The position numbers and the translations under genes were made by a program. The notes below the pieces were generated by a model. The model did not search any database and was not told the origin of the DNA. It saw only the letters and a program-made list of their open reading frames with translations. 64,000 nucleotides of DNA from Lytechinus pictus (lineage: Eukaryota): the NCBI RefSeq assembly GCF_037042905.1, contig NC_087251.1, positions 20,400,001 to 20,464,000 of the forward strand, in the 5' to 3' direction. How positions within the stretch are numbered: the stretch's first letter is position 1; each line of letters begins with the position of its first letter. This document shows, piece by piece, positions 26,661-40,300 of this stretch.

Positions 26661-27087
26661 TAGTACGGTATTTAATATTGAAAATAATAACTACAATTCT
26701 AACTCGCCAATATTCACTCCATGGAATGTTCAAGGCACCTGACAGTTCAAAAATCCAACGCAATAAACAGTAAATTCGAAAAAAAACCATGAAATCATAC
26801 ATGAATAAACATTATATTGCAATTCATAAGGGGAGGGAGTTTACTAGGGTTTTGAGAGACATTATGAGTGATAAGATGAGAAGAGAGGATGAGATTTAAT
26901 GTGTATTGGATAATAGTTCCAGAGACGGGGTGCAGCGGCAAAGAATGCTCTATCACCCCATGACCTTCTCTTTCTGGGTTCTTTTAGATTGTGGAACAAT
27001 TCCGGCACGTGTAGTATATTGAGGAGGATGAATAAGAGAGGATAAATGTCAAGTTATGAAGTGAATAGCAGGTAAGTAGCAATATCT

Positions 27088-27262
27088 GGTGGGTGTTTCA
27101 TAAAGCTGTTTGAAAGATACGAATGACTTTACGCACGACTGGTGATCCTTTCTTATGCTATGTGATATCCCTATTTGTAATTGATTATGACCTTAGAACA
27201 TGTCCCAGTAGTGCGTCAAAAGTCTTGCGTAACTTTACGAACAGCTTCATGAAACACCCTCC
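27088..27262. mobile_element. Short palindromic MITE (Harbinger-like termini)
   Basis: GGGTGTTTCATAAAGCTGTT ... AACAGCTTCATGAAACACCC inverted ends. Confidence 0.7.
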
Positions 27263-27316
27263 TCATATTTAATATCTTTAATGCTTCCTATCATTATTTT
27301 TTGCATTTGTATTCAG

Positions 27317-27652
27317 GTGAACGATAACGGAGTCATGTATCTGGAAAGTAGCGTAGCCATTGAAGCCCGTCGAGTCCAGCCACAGCCCGTGCTTCTGCAG
27401 GGTTCAGAATATTCCCTCATTACACCATACTGGGCAGACACTGATCCGACTTTGGATGGCGCCAGCGTATCTTACCGAAGCGTATCGCGTGAGGGTAGCG
27501 GTGGCGATGAGGCATTTGGTATGGCTGATGATATCGTGAGGACGTCGTACATGGAGTTGCAGAATTTCGAGACTTCCTGGTTATTCGTCGTGACATTCGA
27601 TGAATTAGGATTTTATAATCCACTATCTGTTGATGAGATGTATACACATCTA
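27317..27652 (+). CDS. Mesh/SUSD2-like gene exon b (NIDO 1)
   Basis: attcag|VNDNGVMY..LITPYWADTD..WLFVVTF..THL|gtaagc; 336 nt, phases 0/0. Confidence 0.92.
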
Positions 27653-27896
27653 GTAAGCATTTTCTCCTCAATTTGATTTACAATGTAATGATGTTTAATT
27701 TCGATCATGATGTTGTAATATTTCATATGAGCCTTGACACTGAAACAATATTAAGCCATAAATCGAAATGGGATGAAAATGTTTGGCCGACTGTTTTAAT
27801 TCTCTAATAATTTGAAAAAAGGGTAAAGTTCACATTCTATCGAAGATAAAAATATGTTTCATTGCTTTCACATGCTTATGTTTAATTATTATGTAG

Positions 27897-28139
<243 letters not shown>

Positions 28140-29244
28140 TAATCCACGCACAACATGCATGCTAGCACATTACTTCCACTTAATCCATATTTATACCTTA
28201 GAGTACATCTCAACCGTTCGTCCTTTCTCCAAACGTCCAATAACTTAAAAAGACAAGCATGCTTAAAATGTCCTCGATTTGTAAGTCATTTTAATGAATA
28301 CACTCACTTAAAAAAAACTATACATTTCAACCTCTACTTTCTCGCCTATTCCTTTTTTTCCTTCTACCTCTATCTAATTCTTTAGTCCTTCTAGATATGA
28401 CTTACCACATGGTGTACTGTAAACCCCTCTCGCGATTATCACAGGTTTATTCTCCTTTTGCATTTATTTTAAGGCATTAAAAATAACAATAAAAATAATA
28501 ATTTATCTAACGAATCAATAACTAACTGAAAATAGTTTTACGTCCAATGATGTAATGTTATATTTGTATTACAATAGCTCCACTGCTTGAAAACTTTATT
28601 TGTGTCCATGGATGGTGCAGTAAGATGGTAAATAGGACGATACCGTTGTTTGAAGCCTATCTTAAGCTTTCTAAATTGTCAAACAATGTGAATTGTACTG
28701 CAGTTCTGGGAAAACTCAATGTTATGAAATTGTAAATATAATATTTGTTCTTCCATTGATTCTTTGAATTATACCTTTGTTATATGTTTTTCCCCTTTAA
28801 AACGGGAACACTTGAAAGGGTGAGTGTACAGGAACACTCAAACTTTTATATGACAAATATAGTCATTGGATATCAGAAGGCTACAAACATAGCTTACAAC
28901 CTGAAATTTTCAACCAGTTTCATGCTTACAAAGTTGTTTTGAAAACGGAAGAAAGGTCCGTAGTGATAAGTTAATGAAACCCTTGGAAAAATTAGCTTAT
29001 ATAAAACAAACAAAAACCCACAAAATTACTGAAAATTTGAGGTAAATGAACAAATAACATAAAGTTATGGGCATCTGAATGTTGGGATTACAAAATGCTA
29101 AAGAGATCTCCCATTGGCAATGCAACCAATATTTGTGATGTCACAGAAGTACAACTCTCCCCTAGTATGTTCACTGAAAATATACCCCAAAACATCTTTA
29201 TGCTCTTTCAAATGATATAGTACAAACATTTTGTCCATGCTATA

Positions 29245-29492
29245 TTCCTGTTTCTGTAATGGAAACTCCCGTAAGAACTCGACATGATAGCTTTTTGCTG
29301 GTATAATACCAAGCTGATTCATAACCAATTATCTATAAAACGTCTTAGCTAACCGGTCATAGTGGCTGACCTCAAAGACAGCTGAAATTGCTCTTGGGTT
29401 TTATCAAAGTGGAGACAATGAAAGAGCTGGGATTCGAACTCACAACCTAACGGTTATGAGTCCAATGCTCCAACCACTAGACCACACGACCC
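29245..29492 (-). mobile_element. tRNA-derived SINE (same family as 54207-54474)
   Basis: Minus-strand A box (TGGTCTAGTGG) and B box (AGTTCGAATCC); body matches the 54.2 kb copy. Confidence 0.8.
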
Positions 29493-29981
29493 AATGTTAT
29501 GTCCTTCCTTGAAAATAAAATACCTAATAAAGTAAGTAAAATATGTAATAAAGCAATCAGGGAGTGTACATTTGAAATATCTCACATGTTGGTCGCATTG
29601 TCAATGCGAGGATGTTCACATCATATTGTGATCTCGACTTTCAAGTTATCATACATGTCATAACTTTCTTATATTTCTATATTCATTATTTCTCAGTTAC
29701 ATATATTTGTTTCTTTGATTTTCTATATGTTTTCATGTACGGTAACTTGTTCCCAAGGCTCCATTCTCCTTTATTGATCTTTGATGTAAAGTCGCTAAAT
29801 TCATCCTCTAAAACCATTTTGTAAAAAAAAAGAAATTCCATTTCGTCCTCAACGAAACAACTTTTGGACACACAAAGTCACATGTAGTATAAAGGATTAG
29901 AAGAGTAAAACGTTGGGGGTCAAAACTTATTCAAATAAGATGAATCAAAATGATGAGAAAACTATTTCAATTTCTTTTCAG

Positions 29982-30144
29982 GCTGGTTTTAGTGCTGGTG
30001 ATAATTCGAATTATTACCACCTGGAGGGATCTAATACCCAAGAAATCATTAATATTAATCGAAAGAGTAACATAAACGTTCCTGGGAGATTCATCTTTAG
30101 AATTGACGGAGCAACAATAACAGAACCATTCATCCCTATATCAG
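29982..30144 (+). CDS. Mesh/SUSD2-like gene exon d (NIDO 1 end)
   Basis: ttttcag|AGFSAGD..SNINVPGRFIFRID..|gtatgg; 163 nt, phases 0/1. Confidence 0.92.
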
Positions 30145-30509
30145 GTATGGATCTACCAAACTCAATTTAGATTTATCCCGAAATGTACATTTTGCATGTT
30201 AATGATTCTTTGTTTGCAAACCATGTGATCACTTTGATTGTATGCACAAGATTAAAGATCAGGCAATCTATTAATAAGAATAATCCCGCAAAAATGAAGA
30301 CAAGCTGTATTCATATCCCGTGATCCGAAAGAGTAAAGGTTGTCGTAGTAGCAAGTTAGGGAGTAAGGGGCTTTAACGCGTAAGAGGGTTCATCATGTCA
30401 GGCTTTAAGTGAATGTATTAAATGTTGGCCAAATATTACAGCAGAAACATCAATCATGTTAGAATGATTAAAATAATTCTGAAGTCTATCTTGCTCCTTT
30501 CTATTTCAG

Positions 30510-30637
30510 CATTGTTCCTTCCCTATGGCCCAGGGATGGGTGATGCGAGGATAGAGAATCAGAACGATATCAACACACCTGATATTCTGACGGGACAAGG
30601 ATTTAAATTCTATGGATCAGTGAGGGATACTCTGAGA
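30510..30637 (+). CDS. Mesh/SUSD2-like gene exon e (NIDO module 2 start)
   Basis: atttcag|LFLPYGPGMGD..GQGFKFYGSVRDTLR|gtaagt; paralogous to exon a; phases 1/0. Confidence 0.9.
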
Positions 30638-30943
30638 GTAAGTGTTTTATCGTCAAATTTGTTCATCTTATATTATTTATTAGATTATCAAAGCACGGAA
30701 CACAAAACACTGCACCTACATATATATTATACCATAACAAAATAACGTCATACATTTGGCAATAAAGACCGTTGCTGTGATCAATCGTTATTATCCGGCA
30801 AGAACGTTCTTATACAGGAGAGGCAGTGTTGCCAGGTCCAAGCTGAAGAAAATACCATAAGGCACTTGAAATATCCCCAAATCTTCAAAATTTTCAAATC
30901 AAAATAAACTCTGAAAAAAAAACTGTTATTAATTATTATCATG

Positions 30944-31184
30944 CACTCCAAAAAAATATTGGGTAAAAGTGCTCCATTAGGGTAATTATGTGTCCAACCA
31001 ACATTGGGCATTTTTATTTATCCAGTGTGATGAAAATTTGCCCATTCTAAAGTAATTGCCGCTTATTTTTTAACCTTTCTGGACAATATGCTTCCTGCAT
31101 TGGATAAAACACTGTTCAACATTAGGTGGACACTTAATTACCTTCGTGGTGGTAAAAATTATACCCAATATTTTTTTTACAGTG
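30944..31184. mobile_element. MITE (CACT...AGTG termini)
   Basis: CACTCCAAAAAAATATTGGGTA ... TACCCAATATTTTTTTTACAGTG inverted ends. Confidence 0.7.
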
Positions 31185-31997
31185 TAGTTATTGCCCTCAA
31201 ACTAGTTTATGTGTGCTCGTTTGTTCACACTTTGTTTTAAAGGTTTCGATGCAATGTAGATTGGCACCACTACCATTGTATCTTACAACTAAGTTCAGTT
31301 TATTGAATTCATCGGTTGAAATGCGTAAGACATGCGCTGATGCCATAGAGCTGGTTTCATCAACTATGGCTGACGTTCATTCTATGCATTAACTATCTAC
31401 AGTAGATCATAGTATTAGAGTTACAATACTGAAAAGTGCTGAATTTATTTAATTTACTGAATTTATTGTTTTTCACCAAAACCTTCAAAAATACCCTAAA
31501 GTGGACCAAAAATCCCAAAATTTATCCTAAGCCCCTATTTTTTTCATTCCCAAAGGCATGTAAAAATTCAAAGATTTTCAAAATTTAGGGATGGAAATCC
31601 CCAAATGGCAACGCTGGGTAGAGGTCGATAATACAGACGCGCTCATCGTGGGGGTCTACTAAGACGTATGAATTAAATGATAAATACATAAATTGGCACA
31701 TGTTTTTTTTTTTTTTTTTTTTTTTTTGGGGGGGGGTTCAAAAGATCTGTAGTGTAGGAATATTTGGCAGTTGTATAATTGGATAAAACAAGTTCTGACC
31801 TATTTGTCGCAAGGGATATTTACTCCCCATGTAGTTTCTGTTATAATTACAGATAAATCCTAACTACATTGCTAAGTCTATTCGATCGTGTTACGATAGG
31901 GATATGTTTACAGAAAACTATTGATCTACATTGTGACAATAATTGACGAAAATCCTTTTTTAATTCCTTCGTTAGTTTTCCACTCTATATCATGATT

Positions 31998-32533
31998 AAC
32001 TTCTTCCGAGAGTATATTCTTGTAATATAATCTGTCATCCAGGCAATTTATTTGGGTGATTCCATACGTGTCGTGACATTTCGACGACAATTTCCAGTCT
32101 CTTAGCTGAATGCTAATTGAGTGATAAAATGTTCTTTTTTGTCAGTGATAAAGTTATAGGGGGTAGTCATGTGAAAACTTCTTCCGAGAGTATATTCTTG
32201 TAATATAATCTGTCATCCAGGCAATTTATTTGGGTGATTCCATACATGTCGTGACATTTCGACGACAATTTCCAGTCTCTTAGCTGAATGCTAATTGAGT
32301 GATAAAATGTTCTTTTTTGTCAGTGATAAAGTTATAGGGGGTAGTCATGTGAAAACTTCTTCCGAGAGTATATTCTTGTAATATAATCTGTCATCCAGGC
32401 AATTTATTTGGGTGATTCCATACGTGTCGTGACATTTCGACGACAATTTCCAGTGTCTTAGCTGAATGCTAATTGCGTGATAAAATGTTCTTTTTTGTCA
32501 GTGATAAAGTTATAATGGGTAGTCATGTGAAAA
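31998..32533. repeat. Three tandem near-identical copies of a 178-bp unit
   Basis: AACTTCTTCCGAGAGTATATTC recurs at 31998, 32176 and 32354. Confidence 0.95.
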
Positions 32534-32805
32534 ACCGATAACCAACAAAAAATGTTTGATTATGGGTGAATTACAGGTGAAAATGTTGTGTGTCGTACGG
32601 GACTCAGAAATGTCCCGTACGACACACAACATTTTCATCTCTAATTCACCCATGGACAACATATATTTCTTGGTTGTCATATTTTTACATGACTACCCAC
32701 AGTACTTTATTATTACCATTAAACAAATTGAAGTTTCTCATTTGTTTAGACAGTAGGATGAAAAATGTTGTGAAAATGGCTAATTTTTCTAGCATGGAAT
32801 CGCCC
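32410..32805. mobile_element. MITE with 4-bp ATTT TSD (Sola-type signature)
   Basis: ATTT|GGGTGATTCCAT ... ATGGAATCGCCC|ATTT; central hairpin TGTTGTGTGTCGTACGGGAC..GTCCCGTACGACACACAACA. Confidence 0.75.
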
Positions 32806-33259
32806 ATTTGTATCCTGACAACTCTTCAAATCATAGGTTACATTCATTTATTCTAGTTTTTTATCTATAAAAAGATGCGAAATCTGCGAATAGTGGGTTC
32901 AAACGAATCATGATATTCTTCAAAATACATTACCGAGATCGGAGAGGTCGAATGCAATAATACTTTATCAATTGAAAAGGATATAACTTGAATATGTCAG
33001 GTGCCGTTACACTTGACGTACAATATTGTTAAATCATACAATCGGCATACAGTAACAAGGAGATATCATGGTGATTTCATTCACATTATGTTTCATGACG
33101 GGTTCCATATACAAGCACTACCCTCAATTTATATTATTCAATATATTTGAACTCGGCTTGTGGCAGCAATTCTCGTTTTATCGGAAATTCTAGTTCGGGC
33201 AATACTGATTAGTAATTACACCATCTTTATTGGTAAATTATCATATGTTTATAATTTTA

Positions 33260-33385
33260 TCATTACTATTGTTATTATATTTTTTATTATTATTACTATT
33301 ATTGTTTTTATCATTATTATTAAGATGTTCATCATCATGTTTATTGTTATCATTATTATTATTATCATCATCATCATCATCATTT
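33260..33385. repeat. (ATT)n/(ATC)n microsatellite
   Basis: Direct reading. Confidence 0.85.
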
Positions 33386-33503
33386 CTTTCCCTTCCTCTC
33401 CTTCTTTTACCGCTGCACCGTTTTGTATCCATGAAATTAAAAAAAAAGCAGAAATGGGACTCAATCATGAAAATAAAAAAAATCCCGATTATTCCGTGTC
33501 CAG

Positions 33504-33812
33504 GTGAATGACAACGGTGTTATTTTCTTTGGACAAGATGAGCCCAACATCAATGCCTCCATCCCACTGGTCGACGTTCCTTTTATCGCTCCATTCTGGG
33601 CAGACGTAGACATAACCAGTGACCGTGGCATAATTTACTACCGTAATGTTTCCCGCGTCAATAGTAGTGATAGTGCATTCGAACGGGCTGAAGCCTCTGT
33701 GAGGACATCATCTATGGAACTCCAGAATTTTCAATCTTCCTGGATGTTCATAGTGACATGGGAAAGTGTGTCATATTATCAAGATCCCGTTGATAACCAG
33801 TATGATCGTCTG
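33504..33812 (+). CDS. Mesh/SUSD2-like gene exon f (NIDO 2)
   Basis: tccag|VNDNGVIFF..FIAPFWADVD..GIIYYR..WMFIVTW..DRL|gtaagc; 309 nt, phases 0/0. Confidence 0.93.
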
Positions 33813-34105
33813 GTAAGCTTTTTTAGTATTTGTAGTCGGTGAGACTACGATTATAAAAATAAACAACAAACGTGTATCCAATTGCTTGAATGAAATTCTT
33901 TGATTAATCTATTTCGTTATATGATATTCATGCATTGTTAATCAATACAATAACTTTAGAATGATAACACGATTTGACTATTTTTCGGTAAAAACTACCG
34001 AATTGAAAATCTCTTAAATAAAAAAAGGATTTAATAGAAGAGAGAGCTATTTGAAACAATACTAGTATCCTATGTTTATATGTGATTTTCTATCACTCTC
34101 CACAG

Positions 34106-34240
34106 AGGAACTCGTTTCAGACAGTCTTACTAACTGATGGGAGTATATCATTGAGTCTGTTCATATACGGTGATATCACATGGACGACTGGTGTCAATCA
34201 AGGTGGCAATGCTTCAGGTCTTGGCGGGAATGAAGCTCAG
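34106..34240 (+). CDS. Mesh/SUSD2-like gene exon g (NIDO 2)
   Basis: cacag|RNSFQTVLLTDG..YGDITWTTG..GLGGNEAQ|gtaata; 135 nt, phases 0/0. Confidence 0.93.
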
Positions 34241-34384
34241 GTAATACATGGAAGGCAATTCCTTTCATTTGAGAAGCTTCTGGTTTAGTTGAACCGTGTA
34301 GAAATGTTACGTTTAATAATGGCCTAATTTGATGTTCGTGTTATTGTATATATATATCATCAGTTGATAGTAGTGCTGTTGGTT

Positions 34385-34565
34385 GAAGAAGAAAAAGAAG
34401 GAGAACAAATGATGAAGAATGGAAAGAAGCAGAAGAAGAAGAGGAAATAAAGAAGGAGAAGAAGAAGAAGAAGAAATGAAGGAGAAGAAATGAAGGAGAA
34501 GAAGAAGAAGAAGGAGAAGAAGAAGGAGGACGAGGAGGAGAAGTAGGAGGAGGAGGAGAAGAAAA
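34385..34565. repeat. (GAA/GAG)n low-complexity tract
   Basis: Direct reading. Confidence 0.85.
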
Positions 34566-34575
34566 AATCTATCAC

Positions 34576-34744
34576 TACACTTTAAAAAATGAAGTGCTAA
34601 TTTAGCCCTTACAATGCTTGTATAGTGACTGCACTACGAGTGCTGAATTTCTAGTTTAAATTTGAACTAGAAAATCAGCACTCGTAGTGCAGTCACTATA
34701 CAAGCACTGTAAGTGCTAAATTAGCACTTCATTTTTACAGTGTA
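34576..34744. mobile_element. 169-bp fold-back MITE (near-perfect hairpin)
   Basis: The whole element is self-complementary about ~34660 (TACACT...GTATAGTGACTGCACTACGAGTGCTGA / TCAGCACTCGTAGTGCAGTCACTATAC...AGTGTA). Confidence 0.85.
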
Positions 34745-35071
34745 TCCATCCACATTAATTATTGTACATTATCTCTTATGATATTATTCCATTTCGTATG
34801 AATATTTCGGTTTTGATGCTGCAAATATCAAGCTTGATTATGTCATTGTTTTCTAAAATTTACTGTTTTGATTAAAATTCATATCATTTAAATACATCAC
34901 TTGGACTGATTACATTGCTAAAGGAATGCAATTCCAACCACGAGAAGATCCTGTAATCTTCGGAGTGTTGATGATGTTGGGATAATTATCCTACCTTTTT
35001 TTGCTCTATATATATTTCCACTAGATTATTTTCATCATAACCTTATTGTTGATATGATATTTTTTCTGTAG

Positions 35072-35234
35072 GTTGGTTTCAATGCTGGTGATGGGGTGAA
35101 ATCGCATGTCTTAGATGGATCTTATACTCCAGATGTATTGAATATCGACAACAGAACCAACATTGGAATTCCTGGCATATTCATATTCAGAATAGACACA
35201 GAGAATATTGCACAATCCCGTTGTAAATCCTTCG
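35072..35234 (+). CDS. Mesh/SUSD2-like gene exon h (NIDO 2 end; missed by the ORF track)
   Basis: tctgtag|VGFNAGDGVKSHVLDGSYTPDVLNIDNRTNIGIPGIFIFRIDTENIAQSRCKSF-G|gtaaat; 163 nt like exon d, phases 0/1. Confidence 0.92.
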
Positions 35235-36299
35235 GTAAATACATTCTAATTCGACATTAATCTACTCCACTCATGTGTAGGGGAAATAATTTTTACGATT
35301 CATTCGATCATTATTTGCACAGCAGGATACCCGCAATACAATTACCTCAGATTGTTTGATTTTTATCCAAGCATGATTTTAATTGAAAGGGGGAAAAATA
35401 TGGATTTTTCATACTACCGCCGTCGATATCTTAAATAATCCCCCATTGTAGTTTTCCGGTTGAAGTAAAATACATGAAACAAGCAAATTATGACAAAAAT
35501 GGACCCTGTCATTCGAAAACCAATTGAATGTTTTTCACAAAAAAGCGTGTGTTTACCTTATCCGGAATCACATTCTGTAATGCCCTTGAAATGTTTACTT
35601 GCTGCCAGTGCCAGAATTCGTATAGATTTTAAGTTATCATTATAGGCTTCGTAAGTTCCTTTGAAGCAACAATGTCGTGATTATCCTTGAAATTTTTTCT
35701 AAAATTTAGACATTGGTTTGTCCACCCACCCACCTATCTCTCTCTCTCTCGTTTCAGTTTTTTCCTCCTTATCTCTTTCTTTTTCCTCTCTTTCATTTTT
35801 CTGACACACCCATTCGCTTACACAAACGCATATTTTCCTCATATGCGTACACTCTAAAACACTGAGAAATGTTTTACCAGATGTTGGGTAAAAAGGAACA
35901 TGCATGTTTGCAGGTTATTTGTTTTACCCCCAGAACAAGTTTTCACTCAGAGTGTAAGGTCAAAATACGTGTATTATTTCGATTGTGAATGATGTATTTC
36001 TCTCCATTATAAAAGACCAAAAATAGTAGGGGGACATCTGATATTGTGTCCCCCTACTATTTTTTTTGGTAGGGGGACACGTCCCCCCCCCCCTAGGATT
36101 TCCACCGATGCACACCTGGGATTTTCGCCCATGGCAAATTGCATGTTCAACGCAAAATTGCGTAATATTTACCAAAAAAATGTTTTGGATTAAAAAAATG
36201 TTTTTAAAATGTTTTTACCCAACCAACATGCATGTTTCCATTTTACCCACTATTAGGTAAATAGAGTGTATTTTTTTTAAACAAATGCACACCTAGTTA

Positions 36300-36460
36300 C
36301 CAATAATGCATATGGCATTTCCATTTATTTGAAAGCAGGATAAAAGAGCATTGTAGATTAAATGCCTTGCTCACGGGCATCGGTGCCGCGGCCGGGGATC
36401 GAACCCCGAACTTTCCATGTATAGCCAGGCGCCTTAGACCACTCGGCCACGGCACCTCCA
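36300..36460 (-). mobile_element. tRNA-derived SINE (partial)
   Basis: Minus strand TGGCCGAGTGG A box and GGTTCGATCCC B box; a related degraded copy lies at ~24560-24660. Confidence 0.75.
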
Positions 36461-36735
36461 CGTGTATGCAAGCACGCACACATTTCTGCACACCCACGCA
36501 CACACATACCCAACACACGCACATCCACACACAAATATACACATTAAACCCCACGCGCGCACACAAAATGCAATTCAAAAAATCATGTGAAAATTCTAAA
36601 ATGCGCGCTTCTGATTGGTTTAAGAGGAAGTTACGTTTAATTCTTAAACTTGTGCTTGATTGTACCTCTTTCTTCAGGTGTTTTAACCTTAAATCAGCGG
36701 AAAGTATTTCATCGACATCAATTGTTCTCTTCTAG

Positions 36736-36984
36736 GTAAATTATCGATAAATCCATCGATTGGGAGTACGTTAGGAGGAACTGAAGTGATCATTGGAGGC
36801 GCATGTTTCAACTCTACCAGCATCATCAAGTGTCGCTTTGATGAGAAAGTGATCACTGGAATAGTGATTTCACCCACGTCTGCAGTGTGTGTTACTCCCA
36901 CATTCTTCAAAACTGGACGTATCCCGCTAAATGTTTCGGTCAATAATGGATCTACGTTTGATTTCACTGCTACTTTTACATTGG
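36736..36984 (+). CDS. Mesh/SUSD2-like gene exon i (IPT/TIG domain)
   Basis: ttctag|GKLSINPSIGSTLGGTEVIIGGACF..CRFD..AVCVTP..GRIPLNVSVNNG..TFTL-G|gtaagg; 249 nt, phases 1/1. Confidence 0.92.
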
Positions 36985-37314
36985 GTAAGGATTGGATCAG
37001 CATATATATATATATATATACAACAATAAATTATTTCAATTTGGACAAAAAGACCAAAAATGGACTGCTCAAAATCACACAAAAGGAGCATTTTTGCTGT
37101 AATATTGTTCCTTTTGTAAGGACATCTGGTCGAAATTTTGTAGAAAAAGGGAGATAATTTAGTGCTATTAGCTCATTGAAATCACCAATTCAACCATTCT
37201 CTCTCCATCACATGTTTTAATTCACATATTACAATTCAAAACAGCAATACAATATTTGTTTGATTTAATTTGTCATTCGATAGAATAACTATAAATGTGT
37301 GTATGTACAACAAA

Positions 37315-40300
37315 GTATGAGGTAATACAAATCAAAATGGATAAGCTTATACCTGTATGATACTCTGCAATGTATGAGGCAATACAAATCGAAAGGGATA
37401 AGCTTATACCTACGTGACATTCTGCAATGTATGAGGTAATACAAATCAAACGGGATAAGCTTATACCTGTATGATACTCTGCAATGTATGAGGTAATACA
37501 AATCAAAAGGGATAAGCTTATCCCTGTAGGATACTCTGCAATGTATGAGGTAATACAAATCAAAAGGGATAAGCTTATACCAGTATGATACTCTGCAATG
37601 TATGATGCAATAGAAATCAAACATGATAAGCTTATACCTGTATGATACTCTGCAATGTATGAGGCAATACAAATCAAACGGGATAAGCTTATACCTGTAG
37701 GATACTCTGCAATGTATGAGGTAATACAAATCAAAAGGGATAAGCTTATCCCTGTATGATACTCTGCAATGTATGAGGCAATATCAATCAAACGGGATAA
37801 GCTTATACTTGCAGGATACTCTGCAATGCATGAAGTAGTACAAATCAAATGGGATAAGCTTATACCTGTATGATACTCAGCAATGTATGAGGTAATACAA
37901 ATCAAACGGGATAAGCTTATACCTGTATGATACTCTGCAATGTATGAGGCAATACATATCAAAAGGGATAAGCTTATCCCTGTGCGATACTCTGCAATGT
38001 ATGAGGCAATACAAATCAAACGGGATAAGCTTATCCCTGTTTGATACTCTACAGTGTATGAGATAGTGCAAATCAAATGGGATAAGCTTATCCCTGTATG
38101 ATACTCAGCAATGTATGAGGCAATAAAAATCAAACGGGATAAGCTTATACCTGTAGGATACTTTGCAATGTATGAGGTAATACATATCAAAAGGGATAAG
38201 CTTATACCTGTATGATACTCTGCAATGTATGAGGTAATACAAATCAAAAGGGATAAGCTTATACCTGTAGGATATTCTGCAATGTATGAGGTAATACAAA
38301 TCAAAGGGATAAGCTTATACTTGTAGGAAACTCTGCAATGTATGAGGCAATACAAATCATAAGGGATAAGCTTATACCTGTATGATACTCTGCAATGTAT
38401 GAGGTAATACAAATCAAAAGGGATAAGCTTATCCCTGTAGGATACTCTGCAATGTATGAGGTAATGCAAATCAAACGGGATAAGCTTATACCTGTAGGAT
38501 ACTCTGCAATGTATGAGGCAATATAAATCAAACGGGATAAGCTTATACTTGCAGGATACTCTGCAATGCATGAAGTAGTACAAATCAAATGGGATAAGCT
38601 TATACCTGTATGATACTCAGCAATGTATGAGGTAATACAAATCAAACGGGATAAGCTTATACCTGTATGATACTCTGCAATGTATGAGGTAATACATATC
38701 AAACGGGATAAGCTTATACCTGTATGATACTCTACAATGTATGAGGTAATACAAATCAAACGGGATAAGCTTATACCTATATGATACTCAGCAATGTATG
38801 AGGTAATACAAATCAAACGGGATAAGCTTATACCTGTATGATACTCTGCAATGTATGAGGTAATACAAATCAAAAGGGATAAGCTTATACCTGTAGGATA
38901 CTCTGCAATGTATGAGGCAATACAAATAAAAGGGATAAGCTTATACCTGTAGGATACTCTAAAATGTATGAGGTAATACAAATCAAAAGGGATAAGCTTA
39001 TCCCTGTAGGATACTCTGCAATGTATGAGGTAATGCAAATCAAACGGGATAAGCTTATACCTGTAGGATACTCTGCAATGTATGAGGCAATATAAATCAA
39101 ACGGGATAAGCTTATACCTGTAGGATACTCTGTAATGTATGAGGCAATATAAATCAAACGGGATAAGCTTATACTTGTAGGATACTCTGCAATGCATGAA
39201 GTAGTACAAATCAAATGGGATAAGCTTATACCTGTATGATACTCTGCAATGTATGAGGTAATACAAATCAAAAGGGATAAGCTTATCCCTGTAGGATACT
39301 CTGCAATGTATGAGGTAATGCAAATCAAACGGGATAAGCTTATACCTGTAGGATACTCTGCAATGTATGAGGCAATATAAATCAAACGGGATAAGCTTAT
39401 ACTTGCAGGATACTCTGCAATGCATGAAGTAGTACAAATCAAATGGGATAAGCTTATACCTGTATGATACTCAGCAATGTATGAGGTAATACAAATCAAA
39501 CGGGATAAGCTTATACCTGTATGATACTCTAAAATGTATGAGGTAATACAAATCAAAAGGGATAAGCTTATCCCTGTAGGATACTCTGCAATGTATGAGG
39601 TAATGCAAATCAAACGGGATAAGCTTATACCTGTAGGATACTCTGCAATGTATGAGGCAATATAAATCAAACGGGATAAGCTTATACTTGCAGGATACTC
39701 TGCAATGCATGAAGTAGTACAAATCAAATGGGATAAGCTTATACCTGTATGATACTCAGCAATGTATGAGGTAATACAAATCAAACGGGATAAGCTTATA
39801 CCTGTATGATACTCTGCAATGTATGAGGTAATACATATCAAACGGGATAAGCTTATACCTGTATGATACTCTACAATGTATGAGGTAATACAAATCAAAC
39901 GGGATAAGCTTATACCTATATGATACTCAGCAATGTATGAGGTAATACAAATCAAACGGGATAAGCTTATACCTGTATGATACTCTGCAATGTATGAGGC
40001 AATACAAATCAAAAGGGATAAGCTTATACCTGTATGATACTCTGCAATGTATGAGGTAATACAAATCAAAAGGGATAAGCTTATACCTGTAGGATACTCT
40101 GCAATGTATGAGGCAATACAAATCAAAGGGATAAGCTTATACCTGTAGGATACTCTAAAATGTATGAGGTAATACAAATCAAAAGGGATAAGCTTATCCC
40201 TGTAGGATACTCTGCAATGTATGAGGTAATGCAAATCAAATGGGATAAGCTTATACCTGTAGGATACTCTGCAATGTATGAGGCAATATAAATCAAACGG

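Noticed and set aside
33160..33511. Poly-Ile/Leu/Asn ORFs, and the Lys-rich ORF 22712-23053
   Set aside because: Microsatellite or low-complexity translations.
37150..37314. Possible true left terminus/TIR of the giant element
   Set aside because: Cannot be defined without the right end, which lies outside the window.
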